64,000 nucleotides of DNA from Mycobacteriales bacterium (lineage in GTDB: Bacteria > Actinomycetota > Actinomycetes > Mycobacteriales > SCTD01): NCBI GenBank assembly GCA_035714445.1, contig DASTLY010000067.1, forward strand, positions 9,498 through 73,497, written 5' to 3'. This document shows, in pieces, positions 18,353-26,337 of this stretch. Position numbers and translations under genes: made by a program. How positions within the stretch are numbered: the stretch's first letter is position 1; each line of letters starts with the position of its first letter. The notes beneath the pieces are model-generated. The model ran no database searches. It was not told the origin of the DNA and saw only the letters and a list, made by a program, of their open reading frames with translations.

Positions 18353-19153
18353 TCAGCCCGGCTGGCACGTCGGGCACCAGAACAGGTTGCGCTGCTGCAT
18401 CACCTGGGTGCGCACCTCGGTGCCGCAGCGGCGGCACGGCAGCCCCTGCCGCCGGTACACGTAGTGCGCGTCGGCCCGGGTCGGGGTGCCCGACCGGCGG
18501 TCGCGGTCGGCGCGCTCTGTGGTGATGATCCGACGCTGGCGCACCCCGGCGCGCAGCAGCGTGCGCAGGTCCTCCCACATCGGCTCCCAGACCTCGCGCG
18601 GGACCGTCGCTCCAGGGCGGAACGGTGACAGGCCGGACCGGTAGAGGACCTCGGCCCGGTACACGTTGCCGATGCCGCACAGCACCTTCTGGTCCATGAG
18701 CAGCTCGCCGACCGGGCGCCGGCTCTTCGCGATCCGGGCGTACGCCCGCTCCGGGTCGGCGTCCCGGCGCAGCGGGTCGGGGCCGAGCCGGGCGACCACG
18801 AGGTCGCGGTCCGGCGGTGTCATCACCTCGCACGCGGTCGGCCCGCGCAGGTCGAGCCAGACGCCGTCGGGGGTGGTCATCCGCAGTCGCAGCGCACCCC
18901 TGGGCTCCGGCGGCGGGCCGACGCCGCCGGCGAACTTGCCGTACAGACCCAGGTGCACGTGCAGGAGCAGCTCGCCCTCGAAGCCGTAGAACAGGTGCTT
19001 GCCGTACGCCTCGATGCGCTCGACGCAGCGGCCGGTCAGCAGCTCGGCGCCGGTCGCGAACCGGCCCTGCGGACTGGTCAGGGCCACGGGACGGCCGACC
19101 AGCAGCGGCGTGTGGTCCTTGGCCAGGCGGTGGATCGTGTGGCCCTCAGGCAC
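18353..19153 (-). CDS. nei: Fpg/Nei-family DNA glycosylase (endonuclease VIII-like)
   Basis: N-terminal (V/M)PEGHTIHR, giving the catalytic Pro2/Glu3. H2TH region. C-terminal zinc finger CRRCG...CPTCQ. Confidence 0.85.
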   Translation of the reverse strand: MPEGHTIHRLAKDHTPLLVGRPVALTSPQGRFATGAELLTGRCVERIEAYGKHLFYGFEGELLLHVHLGLYGKFAGGVGPPPEPRGALRLRMTTPDGVWLDLRGPTACEVMTPPDRDLVVARLGPDPLRRDADPERAYARIAKSRRPVGELLMDQKVLCGIGNVYRAEVLYRSGLSPFRPGATVPREVWEPMWEDLRTLLRAGVRQRRIITTERADRDRRSGTPTRADAHYVYRRQGLPCRRCGTEVRTQVMQQRNLFWCPTCQPG

Positions 19154-19192
19154 GCGGCGGCTCGGAGGGCGCAGTCATGGCACCAGCCTCGC

Positions 19193-19660
19193 TCACGGCA
19201 GCGGCGGCAGCACCTTGGTGACCTCGTAGCCGGCGAGCATCGCGATCCGCCGGCTGTGCCGCTCGTCGCCGCTGTAGTCGGTGTCGAGGAACGCCTCGAC
19301 GAGCGCGACGGCGGTGGCCTCGTCGTGCATGCGCGCCCCCACGCTGACCACCGTGGCGTCGTTGTGCAGCCGGCCGAGCCGGGCCGTCTCCTCGCTCCAC
19401 GCCAGCGCGCAGCGCACCCCGGGCACCTTGTTGGCGGCGATCGCCTCGCCGTTGCCGGAACCCCCGATCACGACGCCGAGGCTGCCCGGCTCCGTGGCGA
19501 CCGCGGTCGCGGCCCGGAGCACGTAGACCGGGTAGTCGTCCTCCGGGTCCAGCGCAGCCGGGCCGTGGTCGACCGCCTCGTGACCGAGGTCCGCGAGGCG
19601 GCGGCGCAGCGCCGACTTGAGGTCGAAGCCGGCGTGGTCCGAACCGAGGTGGACGCGCAT
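19193..19660 (-). CDS. rpiB: ribose-5-phosphate isomerase B
   Basis: MRVHLGSDHAGFDLK..., GGSGNGEAIAANK and RMHDEATA are typical of RpiB/LacAB. Confidence 0.9.
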   Translation of the reverse strand: MRVHLGSDHAGFDLKSALRRRLADLGHEAVDHGPAALDPEDDYPVYVLRAATAVATEPGSLGVVIGGSGNGEAIAANKVPGVRCALAWSEETARLGRLHNDATVVSVGARMHDEATAVALVEAFLDTDYSGDERHSRRIAMLAGYEVTKVLPPLP

Positions 19661-19677
19661 GTGGTCGAGTCTCGCTC

Positions 19678-20361
19678 ATGCCCGGACCCCGTCTCGTGCT
19701 GGGTGCGGACGGCTGCCCCGGCAACGGCTGGGTGGTCGCCGCGGTGGTGCCGGGACGGCGGGGCGTCGCCTGGCACTGGGTGGTCGGCGCGGACGCGCTG
19801 CTCGCCCTCGCCGACGAGCTCGGCGCGGCAGCGGTCGCCGCCGACGTGCCGATCGGGCTGCCCGCCACCGGCACGCGGGCCTGCGACCGGCTGGCCCGAG
19901 CCCGCCTGCGCGGCGGCGGCTCCTCGTCGGTGTTCGCCGCCCCGGCGCGGGAGGTGCTGACGCACCGCACGTACGCCGAGGCCCGCGACGCCCACCCGTC
20001 CCTGTCCGCCCAGACCTTCGGCCTGGTGCCGCGGATCCGGGACGTGGACGACGCGCTGCAGGCCGCCGGTCCGCAGGTGCACGGGCGGGTCCTGGAGTGC
20101 CACCCCGAGGTGAGCCTGCGGGCGCTGACCGGCGTCGTGCTGCCGCGCAAGAAGTCCGCGCCCGGCGCGCTGCTACGGCTGCGGGCGCTCGAGCAGGCGC
20201 TCGGCCCGGTACCGCCCGACGCCCCGGCGGGTGCTGCCGTCGACGACGCGCTCGACGCGCTGGCCTGCGCGTGGACCGCTCTGCGGTGGCTGCGCGGCGA
20301 GGCGGAGGTGCTCGGCGGCGACCTCGACGAGGTGGGTATGCCGATGCGCATCGTGATATGA
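19678..20361 (+). CDS. DUF429-like protein
   Basis: N-terminal VLGADGCPGNGWVVA, DVPIGLP and a C-terminal DDALDALACAW pattern match my recollection of DUF429. No experimental function known. Confidence 0.65.
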   Translation: MPGPRLVLGADGCPGNGWVVAAVVPGRRGVAWHWVVGADALLALADELGAAAVAADVPIGLPATGTRACDRLARARLRGGGSSSVFAAPAREVLTHRTYAEARDAHPSLSAQTFGLVPRIRDVDDALQAAGPQVHGRVLECHPEVSLRALTGVVLPRKKSAPGALLRLRALEQALGPVPPDAPAGAAVDDALDALACAWTALRWLRGEAEVLGGDLDEVGMPMRIVI

Positions 20362-20394
20362 GTTCCGCGAGGAATCGGGAGATCGCCACGTACC

Positions 20395-20817
20395 GTGGTG
20401 GCGGTGACCAAGCGGCCGGGGACCGAGCTGGAAGAGCTGGAGCGGGTGTACGCCAAGCTCGAGCGTCGCGCGGTCTACCGGGCCGACGGCAGTTTCGTCG
20501 GGTTGCGCAACCCGTTGCGGCCGGGCGGTATCGGCGGGTTCTGCCTCACGGCGGTGCTGACCGTCGTGATGCTGATCTGGGGCGGTACCCCCGTCGGCCG
20601 GTACCCGCTCGCGGAACGCCTGCTGGCGTACGACATCGGCATCTGCGTCCTGTCGCTGGTCGTCGGCCTGCTGCTGCTGCTGGTCAGCCGCTGGCGTACG
20701 CGGCTACGGCGCCCCGCGATAGCTGCCCTGCACACCACCACTGCCACCCTCATCGCCGCCGTGCTGGTCGTGAGCTTCTTCAGCTTCCTGCCGCTCCACC
20801 TGGAGAACTGGTTGTGA
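20395..20817 (+). CDS. hypothetical integral membrane protein (3 TM)
   Basis: Charged N-terminal 45 aa followed by three hydrophobic helices. GTGA overlap with the next gene at 20814-20817. Confidence 0.5.
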   Translation: MVAVTKRPGTELEELERVYAKLERRAVYRADGSFVGLRNPLRPGGIGGFCLTAVLTVVMLIWGGTPVGRYPLAERLLAYDIGICVLSLVVGLLLLLVSRWRTRLRRPAIAALHTTTATLIAAVLVVSFFSFLPLHLENWL

Positions 20818-21194
20818 CCGCCCCGGCGGCCACTCCCCTGCAGCAGCTGTGGCGCCAGCTCGCCATCGGCACCGGCATCGGCCTGGCCGGCGGGCTGGCC
20901 CTGGGGGCGGTGTCGGCCGCGGTGGGTTTCCCGGAGTGGACCGTCACGGCCTGGAGCTTCGTCGCGGTGCTCGCCATGATCTCTCTGCCGATGGCCCTGA
21001 TCATGCGCGCCCTCATGCACGGGGTTCACCGGCTCACGGTGATCGGCATCCCCCGGGAGCGGCGACCGCCCATGCCCGACTTCTTCCTGACCTCGTACTG
21101 GTGGGGGTACGTCATCGGCGCGGCGGCGATCGCGGCCTACCTGGTCCTGCTCGTCGTCTTCACCGTCGGCCACGACCTGACGACTCCGTTCTGA
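20814..21194 (+). CDS. hypothetical integral membrane protein (3 TM)
   Basis: VTAPAATPLQQLWRQLAIGTGIGLAGGLALGAV... with three hydrophobic helices. GTG 20814 is translationally coupled to the previous gene. The rest of track ORF 19617..21194 is R/A/G-rich artefact. Confidence 0.5.
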   Translation: MTAPAATPLQQLWRQLAIGTGIGLAGGLALGAVSAAVGFPEWTVTAWSFVAVLAMISLPMALIMRALMHGVHRLTVIGIPRERRPPMPDFFLTSYWWGYVIGAAAIAAYLVLLVVFTVGHDLTTPF

Positions 21195-21198
21195 GCCG

Positions 21199-21915
21199 TC
21201 AGCCCCAGGAGCCGTCGTCGGCCTGCCACTGCACCGAGCACGCCATCAGGACGAAGAGCTCGGTCAGCGCGGGGAACAGCGGCACGAGCGGCGTTGCGAA
21301 GGCCAACAGCAGGGTGTCGTCGCGGTCGGGCACCGGCAGGTAGACCTCCACCAGGCGCTGCCGGCCGGGCTCCCACGGCTCCGCAGGCCCGTCGTGCACC
21401 ACGCCGAGGGCGGTCACGACCTGGTCCGCGATCCGCTGCACCTCGGCCTCGGCCCCGGCCGGTACACTCAGCGGCTGCACCTCGTCGCGGACGACGACCA
21501 CCCCGCGGCTGCCGCCGAGCTCCGTGACGCTGACCTCGAGCGCGTCCTCGTGCATTGCGGCGAGCGCCTGCAGGGACGCCTCGTCGGGCAGCGGGTGGGG
21601 CAGGACCGACACCAGGCAGCTCGCGCTGATCGGCCGCCCCTGCGCCTCCACCGCGAGCACGAGCAGCATCCGGGAGTACTCCGCGCCGGCCCGACGGGTC
21701 AGCGCGACGAGGTCCTCGACCAGCTCGCGCCGAAGCGTCGCCGTACGGTCGCGGGGCGCTGCCGCGTAGCGCCTCAGGAGCCAGGCACGGGCGGCCGTGC
21801 GCATGGCCGAGGCCTCCATCGGCAGCCGGACCCACGTCGGCGGCAGCACCAGGCGGTAGCGCGTCTGCTCGGCGACCTCGACGGCGGTCACACCCGCCAC
21901 GCTCACACCCGCCAC
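21199..21915 (-). CDS. hypothetical protein, paralogue 2 downstream of the T7SS-substrate-like gene (candidate immunity/accessory protein)
   Basis: Balanced composition. Last gene of the four-gene minus-strand cassette. Shares a block pattern with the preceding gene (see findings). The start could be an internal GTG, because ATG 21915 overlaps the upstream gene by 13 nt. Confidence 0.6.
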   Translation of the reverse strand: MAGVSVAGVTAVEVAEQTRYRLVLPPTWVRLPMEASAMRTAARAWLLRRYAAAPRDRTATLRRELVEDLVALTRRAGAEYSRMLLVLAVEAQGRPISASCLVSVLPHPLPDEASLQALAAMHEDALEVSVTELGGSRGVVVVRDEVQPLSVPAGAEAEVQRIADQVVTALGVVHDGPAEPWEPGRQRLVEVYLPVPDRDDTLLLAFATPLVPLFPALTELFVLMACSVQWQADDGSWG

Positions 21916-22526
21916 GTGAGCGACGAGGCGACGGCCTCCAGGGCGGGCTCGTACAGCTCACTGTCGACGAACGAGGCGAACCAGGTGCTGAGGAAGACCG
22001 TCGTGTCGGGGACCGGCCCGGACCAGACGTGGACGACGAGCGTCTCGACCACCTGCTGGTCCGGTCCCACACCGGCCGGGCCGGGCGACACCATGTACTG
22101 CTGCACCCGCATGCCGTTGCCGGCCGGCGCCTGGATCTCGGTGACCACGGGCTCGCCGAAGCGCTCGCCGCGGTCGACCACGACGCCGTCGACCACCGCG
22201 TCGAGCGGCATCGCCGCGGAGAACACCCACAGCTCGGTCACCGACACCGGCAGCAGGTCGTCCTGCGACAGCAGGGCGTACGCCGCCGCGAGCTGCCCGT
22301 CCTCCTCCTCGGCGCGTGCGCGCAGCCGCTCGACCAGCAGCGCGTAGCTCTGCACGTACAGCTGGACCACGGGCTCCGGCTCGACCAGGCCGCGTCCCCG
22401 CAGCCCCTCGGACACGACCGTCGCCGCCCAGTCGCCCGGGTCCACCTCCTCGGAGAAGGGCACCTCGAGCCACCGGTGGTCGAGCTGCACGACCATCGCC
22501 GGGCCGACCTCCGGCGACACCGTCAT
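21903..22526 (-). CDS. hypothetical protein, paralogue 1 downstream of the T7SS-substrate-like gene (candidate immunity/accessory protein)
   Basis: MTVSPEVGPAMVVQLDHRWLEVPFSEE... ATGA overlap with the upstream gene stop (22523-22526). The upstream part of track ORF 21903..23321 is R/G-rich artefact. Confidence 0.6.
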   Translation of the reverse strand: MTVSPEVGPAMVVQLDHRWLEVPFSEEVDPGDWAATVVSEGLRGRGLVEPEPVVQLYVQSYALLVERLRARAEEEDGQLAAAYALLSQDDLLPVSVTELWVFSAAMPLDAVVDGVVVDRGERFGEPVVTEIQAPAGNGMRVQQYMVSPGPAGVGPDQQVVETLVVHVWSGPVPDTTVFLSTWFASFVDSELYEPALEAVASSLTWRV

Positions 22527-23872
22527 CGGAGCTTGCTGAGAAGGTCCGTGACGACCTGGCCGTAGCTGCCGAGGTCCCAGGCGTCGTCGATGTCCACACC
22601 GTCCGACAGGTTCCGGTAGGCCTGGCCGAGACCGTTGACCGTGCCGAGCGTGGTCGCGAGCACGCCACCGGCGGCGACGTTCCGGGCGTACCTCGCCAGG
22701 TCCTCGAGCTTGACCGCATCGGGCGCCAGGCGCGCCGGCAGGTTGTGCAGCCCCCGCAGGTCGCCGAGGATCCGGCGGGCGTGCGCGAAGTCGGTCGCGG
22801 CCGCCTTGCCACCCTGCAGGACCGCGGCGGCCCGGCTGACCGCGGGCGCTGTCGTGGCGGCCGTGCGGGCAGCGTTCATCGCGTCGAAGGCGTCGTCGGC
22901 GAGGCGGGCCACCAGCGGCGCTCCGAAGTGGCTCCCCAGGATCGGCAGGCGGGACACGAAGTTGGCCCAGGCGAGCCGCATGCCGCCGAAGGCCTCGTCG
23001 AAGGCCTGCGCACCCTTGAGGTTCGCCATGCCTGCCTTCAGCACGGGCATCGACTTCGCCAGCGCCTTGGTCACGAGTGCGCCGGCGCCGAAGGTCGCCA
23101 CGCCGACCGCGTCGTACGCCACGTCCCACCAGGAGCCGTTCCCCGTGGCCGCCAGCCCGGTGTTGATGGCGAGGGATAGCAGTCCCGCGCCCACCGAGAC
23201 GGCCACCGCGATCCAGATCATGCCGCCGGTGGCCACGGTCAGCAGGACGATGCCGGCGATGAGGATGATGACGGCCAGGACCTTGGTGACGACCTTCAGC
23301 CAGCCCGCGTTGCGGTCCCACCAGCCGTCCTTCACCCCGTCGTCCAGCGCGCCGCGGATCGTGCGCGCGGCCGCGTCGGCGGCCTCCCTGGCCTTGGTCA
23401 CCTCGTCGTCGAACAGCCCTGCCAGGCGGGCGATCTCGTCGAGCGCAGCCTGCCGCTGGGCGTTCGCGCCGACCTGCTCGGGCGTCAGGGGCACACTCGC
23501 GCCGGTGGGGTCGGTGCCGGGGGTCGCGGCGTCCCGACCGGCCGCCGCGAGCTCCTGCCGCGCCATGAAGCAGTGCCAGGCGCCGTGGGTCTGCGCGACG
23601 TCCAGGGTGTCGGACACCGTCACGATCGTGCTGCCGACCCGCTCGTACCGCTCGCGGGACGTGTCGATGTCCTTGGCCAGGTCCTCGGTCTTCTCCCGGA
23701 ACGCGTCGGCGGCCTCGGTCTCCCAGTTGTTCTCGTCGGCGCAGCGGCGCAGCAGCCGGACGGACTCCGCGATCAGCTCAGCGGTCTTCACCAGCCCGGT
23801 GCCGTACGCCTTGATCTCGTACGGGTCGGCGGGAAAGGGGTCGCCGTCGGAGAGCGGGGTGTAGTCGGGCAC
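22523..23872 (-). CDS. T7SS-substrate-like membrane protein: N-terminal WXG100/LXG-like helical domain, central 4-5 TM helices, helical C-terminal domain of unknown function
   Basis: N-terminal about 110 aa is a predicted helical hairpin with NWETEAADAFREK at the turn, resembling the W-x-G...AADAF pattern of actinobacterial T7SS-secreted polymorphic proteins. Hydrophobic stretch WLKVVTKVLAVIILIAGIVLLTVATGGMIWIAVAVSVGAGLLSLAINTGLAA plus VGVATFGAGALV. GTG start 3 nt after the stop of the small upstream gene. Confidence 0.7.
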   Translation of the reverse strand: MPDYTPLSDGDPFPADPYEIKAYGTGLVKTAELIAESVRLLRRCADENNWETEAADAFREKTEDLAKDIDTSRERYERVGSTIVTVSDTLDVAQTHGAWHCFMARQELAAAGRDAATPGTDPTGASVPLTPEQVGANAQRQAALDEIARLAGLFDDEVTKAREAADAAARTIRGALDDGVKDGWWDRNAGWLKVVTKVLAVIILIAGIVLLTVATGGMIWIAVAVSVGAGLLSLAINTGLAATGNGSWWDVAYDAVGVATFGAGALVTKALAKSMPVLKAGMANLKGAQAFDEAFGGMRLAWANFVSRLPILGSHFGAPLVARLADDAFDAMNAARTAATTAPAVSRAAAVLQGGKAAATDFAHARRILGDLRGLHNLPARLAPDAVKLEDLARYARNVAAGGVLATTLGTVNGLGQAYRNLSDGVDIDDAWDLGSYGQVVTDLLSKLR

Positions 23873-23875
23873 AGG

Positions 23876-24160
23876 TCAGTCCTTCAGCAGCTCGGTCGCG
23901 GCACCGCTGTCGAACGCGCGGTAGTTCTGGCAGATCTGGCCGAGCATGTCCCCGGCGCCGGTGATGGCCTCCACCTGCTTGTCCCGGTTGTTCTCCCAGT
24001 TGTCGGTGAACTCCGCGACCGCGTCCCGCAGCGAGGGATAGCCGAGCGCGTCCGAGGCCGCCCGCTGCACCGAGGACGCGTCACGGAACGAGCCGGCCAG
24101 TGCCGACAGCGCCCCGGCGGTCTCCTCGAGCTCGGCCAGGTCGTACCTGTAGATCGTCAT
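23876..24160 (-). CDS. small WXG100-like helical protein (94 aa, no canonical W-x-G)
   Basis: MTIYRYDLAELEETAGALSALAG...FTDNWENNRDKQVEAI...YRAFD. Its size, predicted two-helix architecture and position immediately upstream of a T7SS-substrate-like gene fit an Esx-like partner. ATG 24160 chosen inside track ORF 23876..24199. Confidence 0.55.
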   Translation of the reverse strand: MTIYRYDLAELEETAGALSALAGSFRDASSVQRAASDALGYPSLRDAVAEFTDNWENNRDKQVEAITGAGDMLGQICQNYRAFDSGAATELLKD

Positions 24161-24305
24161 CGCGCGCCCACCACCGTCCTGCGCGCCCGGCACGCACAAG
24201 ATGCCACCCTCCCAGCCCGGACGGCTCGGACGCCGCCGTCAGGGACGACACCACCCGAATGGACCAGCGGGAGGCAGCCCGCCGGGGCCGTGCCATCGTG
24301 GCCGC

Positions 24306-26279
24306 GTGACCGCCGCATCGCAGACCGCCACTGTCCTGTGGGAGCCGTCCCCGGAGCGGGTGGCGGCGGCCCGCCTGACCGCCTTCGCGGCGTACGCCTC
24401 GGAGCGGCACGGCGCGCCGGCCGACCCGACGTACGAGCAGCTCTGGGCCTGGTCGGTCGAGCACCTGCCGGAGTTCTGGGCGGCCGCGTGGGAGTACTTC
24501 GACGTCGTGGCCAGCGCGCCGTACGACCGGGTCGTGACCACGCTGGAGATGCCCGGCGCACGGTGGTTCCCCGGCGCCCGGCTCAACCTGGCGGAGAACG
24601 TGCTGCGGGCCGACCGCCCGGGCCCGGCCCTGGTCGCGACGACCGAGCAGGGGCCCGTCCGCGAGGTGTCCTGGCCGGAGCTGCGCGGGCTGGTGGGCGC
24701 CTTCGCCCGCACGCTGAGGGGCCTGGGCGTGACCGCGGGCGACCGGGTGGTGGCCTACCTGCCCAACGGCGTCGAGGCGGTCGTGGCCATGCTCGGCTGT
24801 GCCGCGGTCGGGGCGGTGTGGTCGACCTGCGCGCCGGACATCGGGGCGGCCAGCGCCGTCGACCGGTTCGGCCAGCTCGACCCCACGGTGCTGCTCGCGG
24901 TCGACGGCTACGCCTTTGCGGGCAAGGAGCGGGACCGGCGCGACGCGGTCGCCGCCCTGCTCGACGGGCTGCCCACCGTCGAGGCGGTGGTGTGCGTGCC
25001 GCTCCTCGGTCACGGCGTGTCCCGGCCGGGCCTGCGGGTGCTGACCTGGGACGAGGCGGTCGCCGACCCGTGCGACCCGACGTACGCCCAGCTCGACGCC
25101 GAGGCGCCGCTGTGGGTCGTCTACTCCTCCGGCACGACCGGCCTGCCGAAGGGCCTGGTGCACGGGCACGCCGGCGTGCTGCTCATGGGCCTGGTGCAGC
25201 AGGCGCTGCAGTACGACATCGGCGAGGGCGACCGCGCCTTCTGGTACACCACGACCAGCTGGATCATGTGGAACTCCCAGATCGCCGCGCTGACCGCCGG
25301 CGCCACCGCGGTCCTGTACGACGGCAGCCCCCTCTGGCCGACTCCCGACCGGCTGTGGCAGCTCGCCGAGGAGCACCGCGTCACCTCGCTCGGCACCAGC
25401 CCCGGCTACCTGCTGGCCTGCGAGAAGGCCGGCCTGCAGCCGGGCCGCGAGCACGACCTGTCGGCGCTGCGGGCGGTCGGCGTCACCGGGTCGCCGCTGC
25501 CGGCGTCGTCGTTCCGCTGGGTCTACGAGCAGGTCGGCGGCGACCTCGCGCTGCACGTCATCAGCGGCGGCACGGACTTCTGCGCGGCGCTGGTCTGCGA
25601 CGCGCCCTGGCTGCCGGTCACGGAGGGCGAGATGTCCTGCCGCGGGTTGGGCATCGCGGCGGCGTCCTGGGACGAGCAGGGCCGACCGGTCGTCGACGAC
25701 GTCGGCGAGCTGGTGGTGACCGCGCCGATGCCCTCGATGCCGCTGGGGATCTGGGGTGACGACGACGGCTCGCGCTACGCCGATGCCTACTTCGACGTCT
25801 ACCCCGGCGTCTGGCGGCACGGCGACTGGATGACGCTGACCAGCCGCGGCACCGCCGTCGTCCACGGCCGGTCGGACTCCACGCTCAACCGGCACGGGGT
25901 GCGGATGGGCAGCGCCGACATCTACGCCGCTGTGGAGAGCGTCCCGGAGGTGGCGGAGGCGCTGGTTCTGGGCGTCGAGCAGCCGGACGGCGGCTACTGG
26001 CTGCCGCTGTTCGTCCGGCTGGTGCCCGGCGTGGAGCTGGACGACGAGCTGGTTGCCCGGCTGAAGTCGGTGGTCCGGGAGCAGGCCTCGCCGCGGCACG
26101 TGCCCGACGAGGTGATCGCCGTGCCGGCCGTGCCGCACACCTCGACCGGCAAGAAGCTCGAGATCCCGCTGAAGCGGATCGCGCAGGGCGTCGCGGTCGA
26201 GAAGGCGCTCAACCTGGGGTCGGTCGACGATCCCGAGGCCGTGCGCTGGTTCGTGGAGCTGCTGGCGCGGCCGCGGTAG
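24306..26279 (+). CDS. acetoacetate--CoA ligase (acetoacetyl-CoA synthetase)
   Basis: N-terminus LWEPSPERVAAARLTAFAAY is typical of AacS. AMP-binding motif YSSGTTGLPKG. C-terminal TSTGKKLEIPLKR. GTG 24306 in frame with track ORF 24201..26279. Confidence 0.85.
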   Translation: MTAASQTATVLWEPSPERVAAARLTAFAAYASERHGAPADPTYEQLWAWSVEHLPEFWAAAWEYFDVVASAPYDRVVTTLEMPGARWFPGARLNLAENVLRADRPGPALVATTEQGPVREVSWPELRGLVGAFARTLRGLGVTAGDRVVAYLPNGVEAVVAMLGCAAVGAVWSTCAPDIGAASAVDRFGQLDPTVLLAVDGYAFAGKERDRRDAVAALLDGLPTVEAVVCVPLLGHGVSRPGLRVLTWDEAVADPCDPTYAQLDAEAPLWVVYSSGTTGLPKGLVHGHAGVLLMGLVQQALQYDIGEGDRAFWYTTTSWIMWNSQIAALTAGATAVLYDGSPLWPTPDRLWQLAEEHRVTSLGTSPGYLLACEKAGLQPGREHDLSALRAVGVTGSPLPASSFRWVYEQVGGDLALHVISGGTDFCAALVCDAPWLPVTEGEMSCRGLGIAAASWDEQGRPVVDDVGELVVTAPMPSMPLGIWGDDDGSRYADAYFDVYPGVWRHGDWMTLTSRGTAVVHGRSDSTLNRHGVRMGSADIYAAVESVPEVAEALVLGVEQPDGGYWLPLFVRLVPGVELDDELVARLKSVVREQASPRHVPDEVIAVPAVPHTSTGKKLEIPLKRIAQGVAVEKALNLGSVDDPEAVRWFVELLARPR

Positions 26280-26337
26280 CCACCGGCCGCTCGCCCGTCC
26301 GGGCCGTTCTGTCGGAGCGGTCCGGCATCCTGTCTGC

